DNA of 43,840 bases, taken from contig JBHLME010000021.1 of NCBI GenBank assembly GCA_048938445.1, forward strand, positions 1 to 43,840. Direction: 5' to 3'. The DNA comes from Promethearchaeota archaeon. GTDB lineage: Archaea; Asgardarchaeota; Lokiarchaeia; Sigyniarchaeales; SOKP01. A model generated the notes under the pieces. That model was not told where the DNA came from and searched no databases. It was given only the letters and a program-made list of their open reading frames with translations. The position numbers and the translations under genes were made by a program. Positions 27,377 to 38,488 of this stretch are shown here, piece after piece (position 1 is the first letter of the stretch; every line of letters begins with the position of its first letter).

Positions 27377-28315
27377 ATGAATGAAGATTTATGGTTTGGT
27401 TATCACGTCCCTTCTGAGGGCCTTAATTTCGAAGAGATGAAAAAAATTTGCTTAATGGCTGAAGATATTGGAATTGATCTTTTTACAACCACAGATCATT
27501 TCATGAACATGATGAATCCAATGGGTAAGGAAAACCATCCTCTTGAATGTTGGACCTTGCTAGCAGGTCTTGCGGCAGTTACTAAAAAGATTCGGTTAGG
27601 ACCACTAGTATCATGTTATGGGTATAGGGCACCAACACTACTAGCAAAAATAGCAACAAGTGTTGATATTATAAGTAACGGAAGATTAGTAATGGGACTT
27701 GGAGCAGGATGGCATCAGGCTGAATTTAATGGATTTTATGGAAAATTTCCTCCTGCAAAGGAACGAATACAAGGTTTTCAAGATACACTAGCTATTGTAC
27801 ATTCTATGTTCCGTAATGAGAATACTACATATAACGGAAAAATTTTTTCTATAGAAAATACTTTAAATAGTCCTCTTCCAATTCAGAAAGAAATACCGAT
27901 GATGGCGGGAGTATTTGGAAACCTAACTATTAAAATTGCCACTCGTTATGCTGATATTATTCATTGCATTTTTGATCCTGCACTAGATGTCTTAGAAAAT
28001 CGGAAATTTCAAATATCTGAAAGTTGTAAAGAAATAGGGAGAGCGCCCAACGAAATCCGAATCGCTGCAGGATATACACTATGGTTAAATCCAACAAAAG
28101 AAGATATTTCTAGGCGAATTATGATGTTAAAAATGAGGGGGCATTCATCTATAAAAGATATAAAAAAATATGTAGAAAGTTCTCCATCAACGCCAGATGC
28201 TCACATTGAAGCAATGCAAGAGTTAATAGATCATGGATTGAAACTTTTTACTTTTATGGGATCTTTGGACAAATTAAAAATTTTCGCAGAAGAAGTTATT
28301 CCGAAACTGAGATGA
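27377..28315 (+). CDS. LLM-class flavin/F420-dependent oxidoreductase
   Basis: TDHF, LECWTLLAGLAAVTKKIRLG, YRAPTLLAK and GRLVMGLGAGW. Confidence 0.9.
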   Translation: MNEDLWFGYHVPSEGLNFEEMKKICLMAEDIGIDLFTTTDHFMNMMNPMGKENHPLECWTLLAGLAAVTKKIRLGPLVSCYGYRAPTLLAKIATSVDIISNGRLVMGLGAGWHQAEFNGFYGKFPPAKERIQGFQDTLAIVHSMFRNENTTYNGKIFSIENTLNSPLPIQKEIPMMAGVFGNLTIKIATRYADIIHCIFDPALDVLENRKFQISESCKEIGRAPNEIRIAAGYTLWLNPTKEDISRRIMMLKMRGHSSIKDIKKYVESSPSTPDAHIEAMQELIDHGLKLFTFMGSLDKLKIFAEEVIPKLR

Positions 28316-28411
28316 TTTAAATAAAAAGGGAATTATCTGAAAATAATGTTTTTAAAGCAAAAAAAACAATAAGATGACGAAATTATAAAAAAAATAAATT
28401 AATATAAAAAT

Positions 28412-29689
28412 TTAAGTACCTTCTTCATAACCGTGAATGTAGTTATATTGTTCCTCTGTTAATTCATCAATTTCAATTCCCATAGATTGAAGTTTCAAGA
28501 AACCAACTTTATCGTCTATATCTACAGGAACATCAATCATTCCAGGTTTTAACTCATCCTTTTTTTTTACTATGTATTCTGACATTAATGATTGTAAAGC
28601 AAAAGACATATCCATTACTTCACTTGGATGACCTTCAGACAGCACTAAATTTGCCAATCTACCTTTAGCTAAGAGATAAATCTTCCTTCCATCCGGGAAA
28701 ATTAATTCTTCTACATCAGTTCGAATTGGTTTAACTTCTTTAGCATGCTCATAAAGCTCTTTTGTAGGAACTTCAATATCGAAGTGCCCTAAATTACCTA
28801 GTATTACTCCATTTTTTAATAAATCAAACATTTCTTTTGTTGGAGAAATAACATGCTTGCAGCCCGTCGCAGTAAGAACAATATCGGCTTCAGGAAGTGC
28901 TTTAGCAATTGGCATTACTTGATACCCAGCAAATCTGGCTTGAAGCCCTTTTATTGGATCTACTTCAGTTATAATGACATTTGCGCCCAAACCTCTTGCT
29001 CTTAATGCCATTCCTGATGAACAATGACCATATCCAGCAATTACCACTGTTTTTCCTGCAAATAAAACATGCATTCCATATATGGCAGAAATAATGCCTT
29101 GTCCAGTTCCTAACTCGTTATCAAATTGATTTTTACATCTTGCGTCATTCACCGGAAATAAAGGTACTTTTAAATCGCCTGCATTGTCCATTGCTTTAAA
29201 TCGCTTTACTCCAGTGGTAGTTTCTTCTTGACATCCAATAATGGTTCCGGAGGAAATTAATTCAGGAAATTCTTTATGAGCAGTCACTATCATATCAGCA
29301 CCATCATCAATCAAGATATTAGGTTTTTCTTTCAAGCATTCCCGAATACACCAATAGAATTCTTCATCAGTATTACCATGCCATGCAAAAACATTTATGT
29401 CTTCTTTTACGAGAGCCGCAGCAACATCATCTTGAGTTGAGAGAGGATTGCTTCCACACAAATATACTTCAGCACCTCCTGCTTTCAATGTTCTAGCTAG
29501 GTTTGCTGTTTCTTTAGTAATATGTAAACATCCCGCAATTTTAACTCCTTTTAGGGGTTTTTCCTTTTCGAATCTCTCACGGATAATTTTAGCAACAACA
29601 GGCATTTTATTTTCAGCGACATATAAGGATTCTTTTCCTTTATCCGCTAAATTTTCGTTTGCTATTTTGTAATTAACCATTTTTTTCAC
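28412..29689 (-). CDS. ahcY: Adenosylhomocysteinase
   Basis: CLHITKETA, SNPLSTQD, DDGAD, EETTTG, GHFDIE and GRLANL..EGHPSEVMDMSFA. Confidence 0.97.
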   Translation of the reverse strand: MKKMVNYKIANENLADKGKESLYVAENKMPVVAKIIRERFEKEKPLKGVKIAGCLHITKETANLARTLKAGGAEVYLCGSNPLSTQDDVAAALVKEDINVFAWHGNTDEEFYWCIRECLKEKPNILIDDGADMIVTAHKEFPELISSGTIIGCQEETTTGVKRFKAMDNAGDLKVPLFPVNDARCKNQFDNELGTGQGIISAIYGMHVLFAGKTVVIAGYGHCSSGMALRARGLGANVIITEVDPIKGLQARFAGYQVMPIAKALPEADIVLTATGCKHVISPTKEMFDLLKNGVILGNLGHFDIEVPTKELYEHAKEVKPIRTDVEELIFPDGRKIYLLAKGRLANLVLSEGHPSEVMDMSFALQSLMSEYIVKKKDELKPGMIDVPVDIDDKVGFLKLQSMGIEIDELTEEQYNYIHGYEEGT

Positions 29690-29842
29690 AACTTAACCTA
29701 TAAATACTTTTTTTAAGATTATATTGAATATAAGTTTAAGTTAAAATTTAAATATGAGTTTAATTAAACTCAAAATTTTTTAGGTAAAAAGGATACATTT
29801 AATTAATAAAATCTAATATGAAAAAAAATCACGTTATAAAAA

Positions 29843-30769
29843 ATGCACAATTTAATTAAAAGGCTGAATTTTAACTCCAAACCTAATATTTCGGAAATTT
29901 CAAACGATTTAAACATTTCTAGACAAACTTTTAAAAACAAGTTTAGTAAACTGGAAGAAAAAGAAGTAATAAAAAATTTTACAATTAATATTCATCCAAA
30001 CATTCAACCAAATTTAAAATATGTAATTCTGGAGATAAAGACGAATCCAAAAGAACCCGAGCTAGTAAGCGAGATGTTAAAAATTCGACAATTAAAATTA
30101 TTAGATGGAATATTTGGAGAATTTTCTCTTATCGCACTTTTTATCTTTAGAGATTCAGATGAATTTAATCAAGTGTTAAAAAGAATAGACGAGATCATGT
30201 CTAATTCTTATTTTAAGAAATATCAAATAATTGAAACGATTAAAATATTTAAAACAAATGGAATTGAGTTATCTAAAACCAATTTGAAAAAAAGGCAACT
30301 TGATCCAAGTGATCATTGGATTTTAAGGATACTACAAGAAGATCAAGGAAGTAAACTAATTTCAACCTATGATATTTCTAAATTATTGAAAAAAAGAGAG
30401 AATTTCACTATATCTCAATCAACGATCTATAATAAAATTAAAAATCTTGAGAAATCTGGAGTAATTTTGAATTATATCATAAATTTTTGTCCTCAAAAAA
30501 TAGGATATAGGGGAAAATACATAGTACGCATAAAACCTAAGGATCCTTCAAAATATGATGAACTTGCTTTAAGATTGGAAAAAAAGAAATGTATCACCGA
30601 TCTTTTTAGAATAGGGGAACAATATGGATTATTTGCTATTGTAAGAGTAAAGGAGATATCAGATTATGGAACATTTATAAGAGAATTATATGGTGATGAA
30701 ATTGAGGACACATTTACTAATTTTGTTCTTGATGAGTTAATACAATATACCAATTTTATAATTTTTTAA
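29843..30769 (+). CDS. Lrp/AsnC-family regulator with duplicated HTH-RAM units
   Basis: Two wHTH segments (ISEISNDLNISRQTF; ISQSTIYNKIKNLEKSGVI), each followed by a RAM-like domain (GEFSL, GEQYGL); divergent from ahcY. Confidence 0.85.
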   Translation: MHNLIKRLNFNSKPNISEISNDLNISRQTFKNKFSKLEEKEVIKNFTINIHPNIQPNLKYVILEIKTNPKEPELVSEMLKIRQLKLLDGIFGEFSLIALFIFRDSDEFNQVLKRIDEIMSNSYFKKYQIIETIKIFKTNGIELSKTNLKKRQLDPSDHWILRILQEDQGSKLISTYDISKLLKKRENFTISQSTIYNKIKNLEKSGVILNYIINFCPQKIGYRGKYIVRIKPKDPSKYDELALRLEKKKCITDLFRIGEQYGLFAIVRVKEISDYGTFIRELYGDEIEDTFTNFVLDELIQYTNFIIF

Positions 30770-30814
30770 TTGAAATTGATATTTTAATTGAAAGATTGAT
30801 AAAATAAAAAAAAA

Positions 30815-31804
30815 TTATATATTTAGAATTTTTACGTAGGCTAAGGTCTGATTTAACAATTGATATGCAATTTCGCCAAAGGTCATTGGTCCCGTAAAAT
30901 AACCTGTTTTCTTCCCTTCTAATTCCGCATAAAGGTAATTTAAAATACAATTACAAGAGAAAACAATATTTTCCCCGCTTTCCTCAGGCATTTCATTAAG
31001 AAAATCGGAAATGTAATCTTTTACGGGTCTTGCTTGTTTATACAATACACCTTTGAAAACTGGAGCATAAAAATCGACTTTTTTATTTTCTTCATCCACT
31101 GCTTGAAAGCTTGTGTTTATCATTGCTCCAAAATAATTAGCTACGAGGGGTAATTTAATATCGATATTATTTTCAATAATATATTCTGCAAAATTTCGTG
31201 TTTCTCCGTTTATTTGGACTTCTTGTGCCATGAATCCATCTTCGAGGAATTCAATGGCATCACCATCTCCTTGCTCGAAAATATTTAAAATTTTTATTTC
31301 TGGAAATTTATTTTCAGGAAGCCTAACATGCATAACAACAGCACGGTCATCATAAACACTTAAACTACTACCATCCATAATTTTTGCGGTTTCATTTCCT
31401 AAATCATCAAGATGGATTCCAGATATCCATCCAATTAATGCTCGAGTAGCAAATCCTTTAAAATTTGGAGATTCCAAAGCAAAGTAATAATGAATTGAAG
31501 ATGAAGCAGGTATAATGATGAAACTTAGAGTTTTGTCTGGATCATCAACATAGATTTTAGAAATTGTATCTTGGTTATATGTCTTTATAGTTATATCTTC
31601 GATATAATCGGGTAATTCAGTTACATACATCTTATCCTTTGTAGATAAGCCCCCGTCTTCAGCCATAAAGTAAGGAATTGTCCCTCCAATCCATTTTCCT
31701 TTAGGTAATTGTTTTAATAAGTTTTCATCTCCAGCAATTAATAAAGTCTTGTTGGATTCTATTTTCTTTTTTACCTCATCTAAATCAAGTAATGATCTTA
31801 TCAT
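30815..31804 (-). CDS. DUF6976-type protein (FIST-like)
   Basis: LLIAGDE..LPKGKWIGGTIPYFM and FSCNCILNYLYAELEG..GPMTFGEIAYQLLNQT. Confidence 0.7.
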   Translation of the reverse strand: MIRSLLDLDEVKKKIESNKTLLIAGDENLLKQLPKGKWIGGTIPYFMAEDGGLSTKDKMYVTELPDYIEDITIKTYNQDTISKIYVDDPDKTLSFIIIPASSSIHYYFALESPNFKGFATRALIGWISGIHLDDLGNETAKIMDGSSLSVYDDRAVVMHVRLPENKFPEIKILNIFEQGDGDAIEFLEDGFMAQEVQINGETRNFAEYIIENNIDIKLPLVANYFGAMINTSFQAVDEENKKVDFYAPVFKGVLYKQARPVKDYISDFLNEMPEESGENIVFSCNCILNYLYAELEGKKTGYFTGPMTFGEIAYQLLNQTLAYVKILNI

Positions 31805-31806
31805 GT

Positions 31807-32052
31807 TTAATTCACATCTCCTCCAAAAATTTTTTTCAAATCACTTTGAGCTATTGGAAGTTTAATAGTTTTCAAGAACAAATTGCGAATTTCTTCAGCA
31901 CTTTTATTTATTATTTCAGGGGAATTGTCTTTTTTTATATTTAATCTGATCCTGAACATAAGTATTTTTATTGCTAAGAATTCAAATTCAAAATCGATAT
32001 TACCCACTACTAATTCTTTCCATCTTTTATCAGTTAAAGGAGGTATTTGCAT
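31807..32052 (-). CDS. Small hypothetical protein co-transcribed with the FIST-like gene
   Basis: Ends 2 nt before the downstream ATG and carries a GGAGG SD-like element for it. Confidence 0.7.
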   Translation of the reverse strand: MQIPPLTDKRWKELVVGNIDFEFEFLAIKILMFRIRLNIKKDNSPEIINKSAEEIRNLFLKTIKLPIAQSDLKKIFGGDVN

Positions 32053-32255
32053 TATTCGTCCCTAAATGAAATAATTAAAGATATAATCATAGAAATGGTA
32101 TTTAAATGTATCAAATTCCAAAGGAAAAAAAAAACATGAATAAAGAAAATAAAAAGTAATTCTTTATATTGAATTTTTTGCTATAAAAGAATGTTTTTTA
32201 AGTAGTAATATCATGTTATCTATAGTCTAAAAAAATAATAAATGAGATTATAACT

Positions 32256-32543
32256 ATGACTGATAGTAATAGAGAATATCTTGATGAAATTAATGTAGCC
32301 GCCTATTATATTTCACAGGATAACAAACCTTATGATGTATTATGCTGGTTTTTAGCTGAACGCCTTTTAATTTATGAAAATAAAGGTATCCCCCCACCAG
32401 AATATATAATAAAACAAAAAGCTGCCCAAATTTATTTTGAAAAATGTCCTTATGATATACTCTGTTTTAGAATTGCAGAATTGGATATTTTGATGAAATA
32501 TAATAGGTTTGATATAGATTACTTGCAATCTAATAAATGTTAA
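32256..32543 (+). CDS. Small protein with two internal DUF2934-like repeats
   Basis: INVAAYYISQDNKPYDVLCWFLAE / IKQKAAQIYFEKCPYDILCFRIAE. Confidence 0.65.
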   Translation: MTDSNREYLDEINVAAYYISQDNKPYDVLCWFLAERLLIYENKGIPPPEYIIKQKAAQIYFEKCPYDILCFRIAELDILMKYNRFDIDYLQSNKC

Positions 32544-32711
32544 TTCAATTATTTCAATATCAAAAATAAAGATTAGGAACTATATTTTAATAAATGGACG
32601 ATTTTCTTAAAGTAAATATAGATATATTTAAAACTAAAAAATTTTTTTAATATTCTTAGCAGATTAAATTAAAATAAGAGAGATGAGGGGAGTTATAAAA
32701 TTAAAGAAAGC

Positions 32712-34976
32712 TTGTTTGATGCATTAATCGAAAACTCCCCTGATGCAATAGCTATAGCTAATATAAAAGGAATCATAATAGAATGTTCAGACAGTTTTTT
32801 GAAGCTTTTTGGGTATGAACCCAAGGAACCTAATGATTTAGTAGGAAAAGATGGATTTAATCTTCTCATTGAAGAAGACAAGCAAAGATCAGGAGAAGAT
32901 TATAAACAATTATTAAAAGATGGTTTTTTAAATGATAAAGAAGGAACATTTATAAGAAAGGATGGAACTAAATTCATAGGTTCATTAAACATGAGCATTG
33001 TTAATGATGCAAATAAAAATCCTCTTTATATTATTGGAATTGTAAGAGACATCACACGACATAAAGAATTGGAAAAAGCCTCAATTGAAAAAGATAAATT
33101 ATTACAACAATCTGAAGAAAGATTCCGGATAATTCTAGATAGTATTGTAAATATCGTTGTAGAAACGGATATTAATGGAACAATTACTTATATAAGTCCT
33201 CAAGTATATGATACTCTCGGATATAAACAAGAAGAATTGTTAGGAAAGGTTGCTTTTAATTATACACATCCAGAGGATCTTGATGGTCTTAAGATGATTA
33301 TTCAAAATTCGATATCAACAAAAAAAACTGTAATATATGAACTCAGAGTAAGACATAAGAATGGAAAATATGTTCCTATGGCATCATATGGAAATATAAA
33401 AGAGATTAATGGAGAGTTAAGGATTATTGGAAGTTTAGCAGATATTACTGAAAAAAAAGAAAATGAACTGAAATTAATAACTTCAGAAGAAAAATATCGT
33501 AGACTATATGAAACGGCTCAAGTAGGTTTTTGGACTTCCCGGATGAAGGATGACCTTATAATTAATGCCAATGATAAAATGGCAAGCATTATTGGATTAA
33601 CAAAAGCAAATGATATTATCGGAAATAGATTAGATGATTATATTAAGGATAATTTTACAGTAAACTTTTATAGTTTATTAAAAGAATTCAATGTTGTATC
33701 CAATTTTGAAGCAAAATTAGTAAATGCCAGTGGTGTTGAAAAGGCAGTATCTATAACTGCTCGCTTGTTTCAAGAACAAAATGAAGTTGATATCATCGAA
33801 GGATTCATGATTGACATTACAAATTTAAAAAAAATCCAAGATGCATTAAAAGAATCTGAAGAAATGTTTCAGTTGGTTCTTAATAATATACCCCAATTTA
33901 TTTTTTGGAAAGATATAGATTCTCGTTATATGGGATGTAATGAGAATTTCGCACGAGTAGCTGGAGTAAAAAGTCCTGAGGAAATTAAAGGAAAAACTGA
34001 TAAAGACCTAGCATGGCAAAAAGAAGAAGCAGAGTTCTTTCATGAAACTGATGCGCTCGTGATGGAATCAAATACTCCAGAATACCATATTACCGAACAA
34101 CAACTCCAAGCTGATGGAAAGCATGCATGGCTAGATACAAATAAAATTCCCTTACATAACTCTGAAGGGAATGTTGTAGGACTTCTTGGAACATATGAAG
34201 ATATTACTGAACGTGTTAATGCTGAAATTGCTTTAAAAAAATCCGAAATACAATATCGTGAAGCATTCCAGAATGCTAATCTGCTTAAGGATTTATTTTC
34301 TCATGATATCAATAATATTCTTCAAAGTATCCAAACTGCAAATGAGATTTATGATTTAGAAGTAGATAAGGGAAATTATGATAAATTAAAAGAAATTACA
34401 GATATTATTAGAATGCAAATTAATCGAGGTGCAAAATTAGTAAATAATGTAAGAAAGTTAACGTTACTAGATAATACGGAGGTGAAGCTTGAACCAGTTA
34501 ACGTGATTAAATACTTAGATAATTCTATAAACTCTATTAAAAACATATTTCCCAATAAAAATATAATAGTTCAAAAAAAAATCCCAGGAAATACCTTGAA
34601 GATTCAAGCTAATGAATTCTTATGCGATATTTTTGATAATATCCTATTGAATGCTGTTATGTATAATGATAATAGTATAATTAAAGTAAAGATTAATATA
34701 TCAAGAGAAAAAAGTAAAGATCAAAAATTCATTCGAATTTCAATTCAGGATAATGGTATTGGAGTAGAAGATATTCGAAAAGACACTATCTTTGAGAGAA
34801 TTTATAATAAAGATAAAACAATAAGTGGTGTAGGATTAGGATTGTCCTTGGTAAAAAAGATCGTGGAGAGTTTTAATGGTAAAATTTGGATAGAAGATGT
34901 TTTACATGGAGATCCTTCAAAAGGAAGTAATTTTGTCATATTAATTCCCGAAGCTTTCATAACAATGAAGTTTTAG
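32712..34976 (+). CDS. Cytoplasmic sensor histidine kinase with four PAS domains
   Basis: Four PAS units ending RDIT/ADIT/IDIT/EDIT; H-box SHDINN; N-box NILLNAVMY; DNGIG; GVGLGL. Confidence 0.93.
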   Translation: MFDALIENSPDAIAIANIKGIIIECSDSFLKLFGYEPKEPNDLVGKDGFNLLIEEDKQRSGEDYKQLLKDGFLNDKEGTFIRKDGTKFIGSLNMSIVNDANKNPLYIIGIVRDITRHKELEKASIEKDKLLQQSEERFRIILDSIVNIVVETDINGTITYISPQVYDTLGYKQEELLGKVAFNYTHPEDLDGLKMIIQNSISTKKTVIYELRVRHKNGKYVPMASYGNIKEINGELRIIGSLADITEKKENELKLITSEEKYRRLYETAQVGFWTSRMKDDLIINANDKMASIIGLTKANDIIGNRLDDYIKDNFTVNFYSLLKEFNVVSNFEAKLVNASGVEKAVSITARLFQEQNEVDIIEGFMIDITNLKKIQDALKESEEMFQLVLNNIPQFIFWKDIDSRYMGCNENFARVAGVKSPEEIKGKTDKDLAWQKEEAEFFHETDALVMESNTPEYHITEQQLQADGKHAWLDTNKIPLHNSEGNVVGLLGTYEDITERVNAEIALKKSEIQYREAFQNANLLKDLFSHDINNILQSIQTANEIYDLEVDKGNYDKLKEITDIIRMQINRGAKLVNNVRKLTLLDNTEVKLEPVNVIKYLDNSINSIKNIFPNKNIIVQKKIPGNTLKIQANEFLCDIFDNILLNAVMYNDNSIIKVKINISREKSKDQKFIRISIQDNGIGVEDIRKDTIFERIYNKDKTISGVGLGLSLVKKIVESFNGKIWIEDVLHGDPSKGSNFVILIPEAFITMKF

Positions 34977-35058
34977 ATCTTATTTATTGATGATTTCAAT
35001 TTAAAACATGTTTTATATGAAAATTTTAATCGTATCTAATAATTCATATTATTATTAA

Positions 35059-37137
35059 ATGACTATATTTTTTAACCTTTTAAAAAAAAAAATTGGATTA
35101 TCACGTATAGGACGAATCAGTTTTATAAGCGATTCGAAAAATTACTTAAAAACTCCAACAATTGCTTTACCACTCAAACCTAATTTAGTTCATCAAGTTA
35201 AATCTATTGAAGATTTTAAAGAACAATCATTATATATCATATCTGATGAGAATTATTTAAAACAAGAAGTCTCAGAAGAAATTTTTAAAAAGACATGTTT
35301 TATTTATTTCTATGAGGGAACATTAGAAAATTTTCAAGATATTTTAAATAATAACATAGAAATATTTTTAACACGAGATATTTTACCAATTATTCCTTTT
35401 AATATACCAACTACAATTCTAAATAAAGAATTTGCGATAAATGAAATCATCTTTTTTATCGAAAATGTGTCTAAACTACTTGTAAAATATCCACAATTAA
35501 ATTTTGGTATTACTATTAAGATTTTTGATTTTCCTGAACTGTTATATTTGTATTTTAAACTTATTACAGAAAATGAAAACATTACTTTACTTAATCTAAG
35601 GGATCTTTTTGATAATTTAAGTAAGTTTAGAAAGATATGTAATGCCATCTTTAAAATTAAACAGCAGCTCGATAATAATTTAGTTCTAATGGGTTCAGGT
35701 AAAATAATTCCAAAAGATTATCCAATACTAGTTTACTTAGGAATAGATATAATTGATTGTTCTTATTCTAGTTATCTTGCTTCGGAAAATTTTTATGATA
35801 CGGTTGAATACTCACTTCCCATATACAAGCTACAATTTATACCCTGTTCTTGCGTTGCTTGTGGAAAAAAACTAAAATCACTTCTAGATGATAAATACTC
35901 CCTTCAAAAAATTGAATTAGTATGTTTACATAATCTCATAACTGCTAAAAATTACATGAATAAGATAAAACAATATCTTCATACAGAAGATTTTCGTGCT
36001 TTTGTAGAAAAAACAACTCTAGATGACTTGAATTTAATATCAATATTAAAAATTTTAGACAAAGAATATTCTGAATTTATTCAAACTTACACTCCAATCA
36101 CTCAAAAAAATAAGATCATTAAGTCTCTTGGAGCGTCTTCTTATTTTCGACCAGATTTTCAACAATTCAGAGAACGATTAATCAAGTCATTTGAACCTGA
36201 ATCTTGGACTAAATTAATAATATTATTTCCTTGTTCAGCAAAAAAGCCATATTCTTCCTCTAAATCGCATAAAAAATTTAGCAGCATTCTTAGAAAATTT
36301 CCTGATTTCCCAGATTTTCAAGAAATAATTTTAACTTCACCTTTAGGTGCAATCCCAAGACAGTTAGAAGATATCTATCCAGTTAATTCATATGATATTT
36401 CAGTTACGGGTGAATGGGATCATGAAGAGTTGACATTAGCTTCATCAATGCTTATTGATCTAATTAAAAAATATGATGAGAAGGTCCCAATTATTTGTCA
36501 TCTAGAGGGAGGTTATCGTGAAATAGCAAAAATTGCACAAAAAAGCCTATCAAATGAATTTATTTTCTCCATCATAGAAGAAAGTATAACTTCTAAAGAA
36601 TCTTTAAAATCTTTAGAAGAATTAATCAATAAATATAAAAATAATTACAAATTAAATGAAGAAAATCGAGAAAGAGAATATTTATTAAAATCTTGGAACA
36701 GAAAGGTTGAAAAAATAATAGATTTTCAATTTAATTCTGGATTAGGTATAAATTTTTGTTCCAATGGAGTTATTACAAAAAAAAATAAAAATAATGATAA
36801 AATCCATATATTTGACAAGAAGCAAAAAGATTTAATAGGGATTTTTAAGATTGAATTAGGACAAATCTTCTTAACATTAAAAGGAGCCTTAAAATTAAGA
36901 CCATTTATTAAGAATTCAAATATAATAGTTTTTAATGGTGATAAAATAAAAGGAAATACATTATTTCGTCCAGGAATTATTGAATTTAGCCCAAATCTAT
37001 TTCCAAATTCTCATGTAATAATTCTAGATCAAGAAAAACAGAAGGTTATCGGTGTTGGAGAAATGATTGTTGGATCAAAGTATATAAAAAATTCAAAGTC
37101 GGGACGGATTGTGAGAGTTTATGAAAGAATCAAATGA
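35059..37137 (+). CDS. arcS: Archaeosine synthase subunit alpha (ArcS/TgtA2)
   Basis: Degenerate TGT barrel with CSCVAC..H Zn site, PCSAKKPYSSSKSH, TSPLGAIPRQLE, YDISVTGEW and a C-terminal PUA domain. Confidence 0.88.
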   Translation: MTIFFNLLKKKIGLSRIGRISFISDSKNYLKTPTIALPLKPNLVHQVKSIEDFKEQSLYIISDENYLKQEVSEEIFKKTCFIYFYEGTLENFQDILNNNIEIFLTRDILPIIPFNIPTTILNKEFAINEIIFFIENVSKLLVKYPQLNFGITIKIFDFPELLYLYFKLITENENITLLNLRDLFDNLSKFRKICNAIFKIKQQLDNNLVLMGSGKIIPKDYPILVYLGIDIIDCSYSSYLASENFYDTVEYSLPIYKLQFIPCSCVACGKKLKSLLDDKYSLQKIELVCLHNLITAKNYMNKIKQYLHTEDFRAFVEKTTLDDLNLISILKILDKEYSEFIQTYTPITQKNKIIKSLGASSYFRPDFQQFRERLIKSFEPESWTKLIILFPCSAKKPYSSSKSHKKFSSILRKFPDFPDFQEIILTSPLGAIPRQLEDIYPVNSYDISVTGEWDHEELTLASSMLIDLIKKYDEKVPIICHLEGGYREIAKIAQKSLSNEFIFSIIEESITSKESLKSLEELINKYKNNYKLNEENREREYLLKSWNRKVEKIIDFQFNSGLGINFCSNGVITKKNKNNDKIHIFDKKQKDLIGIFKIELGQIFLTLKGALKLRPFIKNSNIIVFNGDKIKGNTLFRPGIIEFSPNLFPNSHVIILDQEKQKVIGVGEMIVGSKYIKNSKSGRIVRVYERIK

Positions 37138-38212
37138 AATGGTTAATCCATTAGTTGATAAGATTTATTTCTTGAGAAATAAAGCTCTTAAAAATCGAAA
37201 AAGTATCTCTTTAGATCAGTTAAAAAAACCAGTAAGTTTTTGGATTAAAGAAGACAGGCTTCAAAATGAAATAGGAAAGGAATTTACAATAATTTTGCGC
37301 ACTAATGGCTGTAGTTGGGCTTTAAGTAGAGAAGGAGGGTGCTCAATGTGTGGTTATATTCAAGATGCGAGTATTCAAAAGGTTAATGATGAAATAATTC
37401 TTACTCAGTTTAATCATGCTCTCCAAAATAAAATAAAAGAAATAGAACAAGATGATTGTAATTATATATTAAAAATTTTTAATTCAGGTAGTTTTTTTGA
37501 TGATTCAGAAATAAATAAAGTTGCTAGAAAAGAAATTTATAGTAAAATCATTGAAATTGATGAAATTAAGGAAGTAGTAATAGAATCTAGAATTGATTAT
37601 ATTACAATTGAAAAACTTGAAGAAATAAAGGATAGTTTAAGAGGAAAGCACGTTGAAATTGGAATTGGTCTTGAAAGTGCTAATGATCATATTAGAAATC
37701 AGTATATCAATAAAGGTCTTTTATTAAGAGATTTTGAGAATATAATCGAAATGTGTAAACAATATGGTGTTGGCATTAAAGCTTATTTATTATTTAAACC
37801 CCTATTTCTTAATGAACAAAGCGCTATTGATGATTGTGCAAGTTCGATACGGTACTGCTTGGATATTGGTATTAATACCATCTCTATTAATCCAATAAAC
37901 ATACAAAGGGGATCCTTAGTTGAATATTTATGGTATCAAAATCGATATCGTCCTCCTTGGTTCTATTCTCTTTTTAATTGTCTTCAAAACACTATCAGTA
38001 ATAAAGATCTTAAAGAGTGTAGAATTGTATCAGATCCTTCTGGTGCCGGAACTAAAAGGGGGATCCATAATTGTTTAAAGAGAGATTGTAATAAAAACAT
38101 GACAGAAATGCTTAAAAATTTTGTTTTAAAACAAGATATTAATGAATTGGATATCATTAATCATAAATGCGAATGCAAGAAATTATATGATTATCAAAAA
38201 CACTTTTATTAA
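37121..38212 (+). CDS. raSEA: Archaeosine biosynthesis radical SAM protein RaSEA
   Basis: ILRTNGCSW..GGCSMCGY, KIFNSGSFFD, IGLES, KAYLLFKP and YRPPW; overlaps arcS. Confidence 0.9.
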   Translation: MKESNEMVNPLVDKIYFLRNKALKNRKSISLDQLKKPVSFWIKEDRLQNEIGKEFTIILRTNGCSWALSREGGCSMCGYIQDASIQKVNDEIILTQFNHALQNKIKEIEQDDCNYILKIFNSGSFFDDSEINKVARKEIYSKIIEIDEIKEVVIESRIDYITIEKLEEIKDSLRGKHVEIGIGLESANDHIRNQYINKGLLLRDFENIIEMCKQYGVGIKAYLLFKPLFLNEQSAIDDCASSIRYCLDIGINTISINPINIQRGSLVEYLWYQNRYRPPWFYSLFNCLQNTISNKDLKECRIVSDPSGAGTKRGIHNCLKRDCNKNMTEMLKNFVLKQDINELDIINHKCECKKLYDYQKHFY

Positions 38213-38488
38213 AAAAATTTTTAATAAATGATGATTTCATCCTTTTATTTATTGATAATCATTTAATTCTTGATCTATTTTCGAAATTAGATTTAGGATT
38301 TCATATCTCATTATAATAGATAGTAAACATTATAACTCTTTTAGTAATTACCCGACGAAAAAAATTTTATTCTTTATTAATTATTCATTTATCATGCACA
38401 TATCGAATTAGGTAATGAGTGAAAAATGCAAGAAAAGGATAATTTTTTCACAGATTATGAATCATTTGTGATAAATAGATCATGATAA

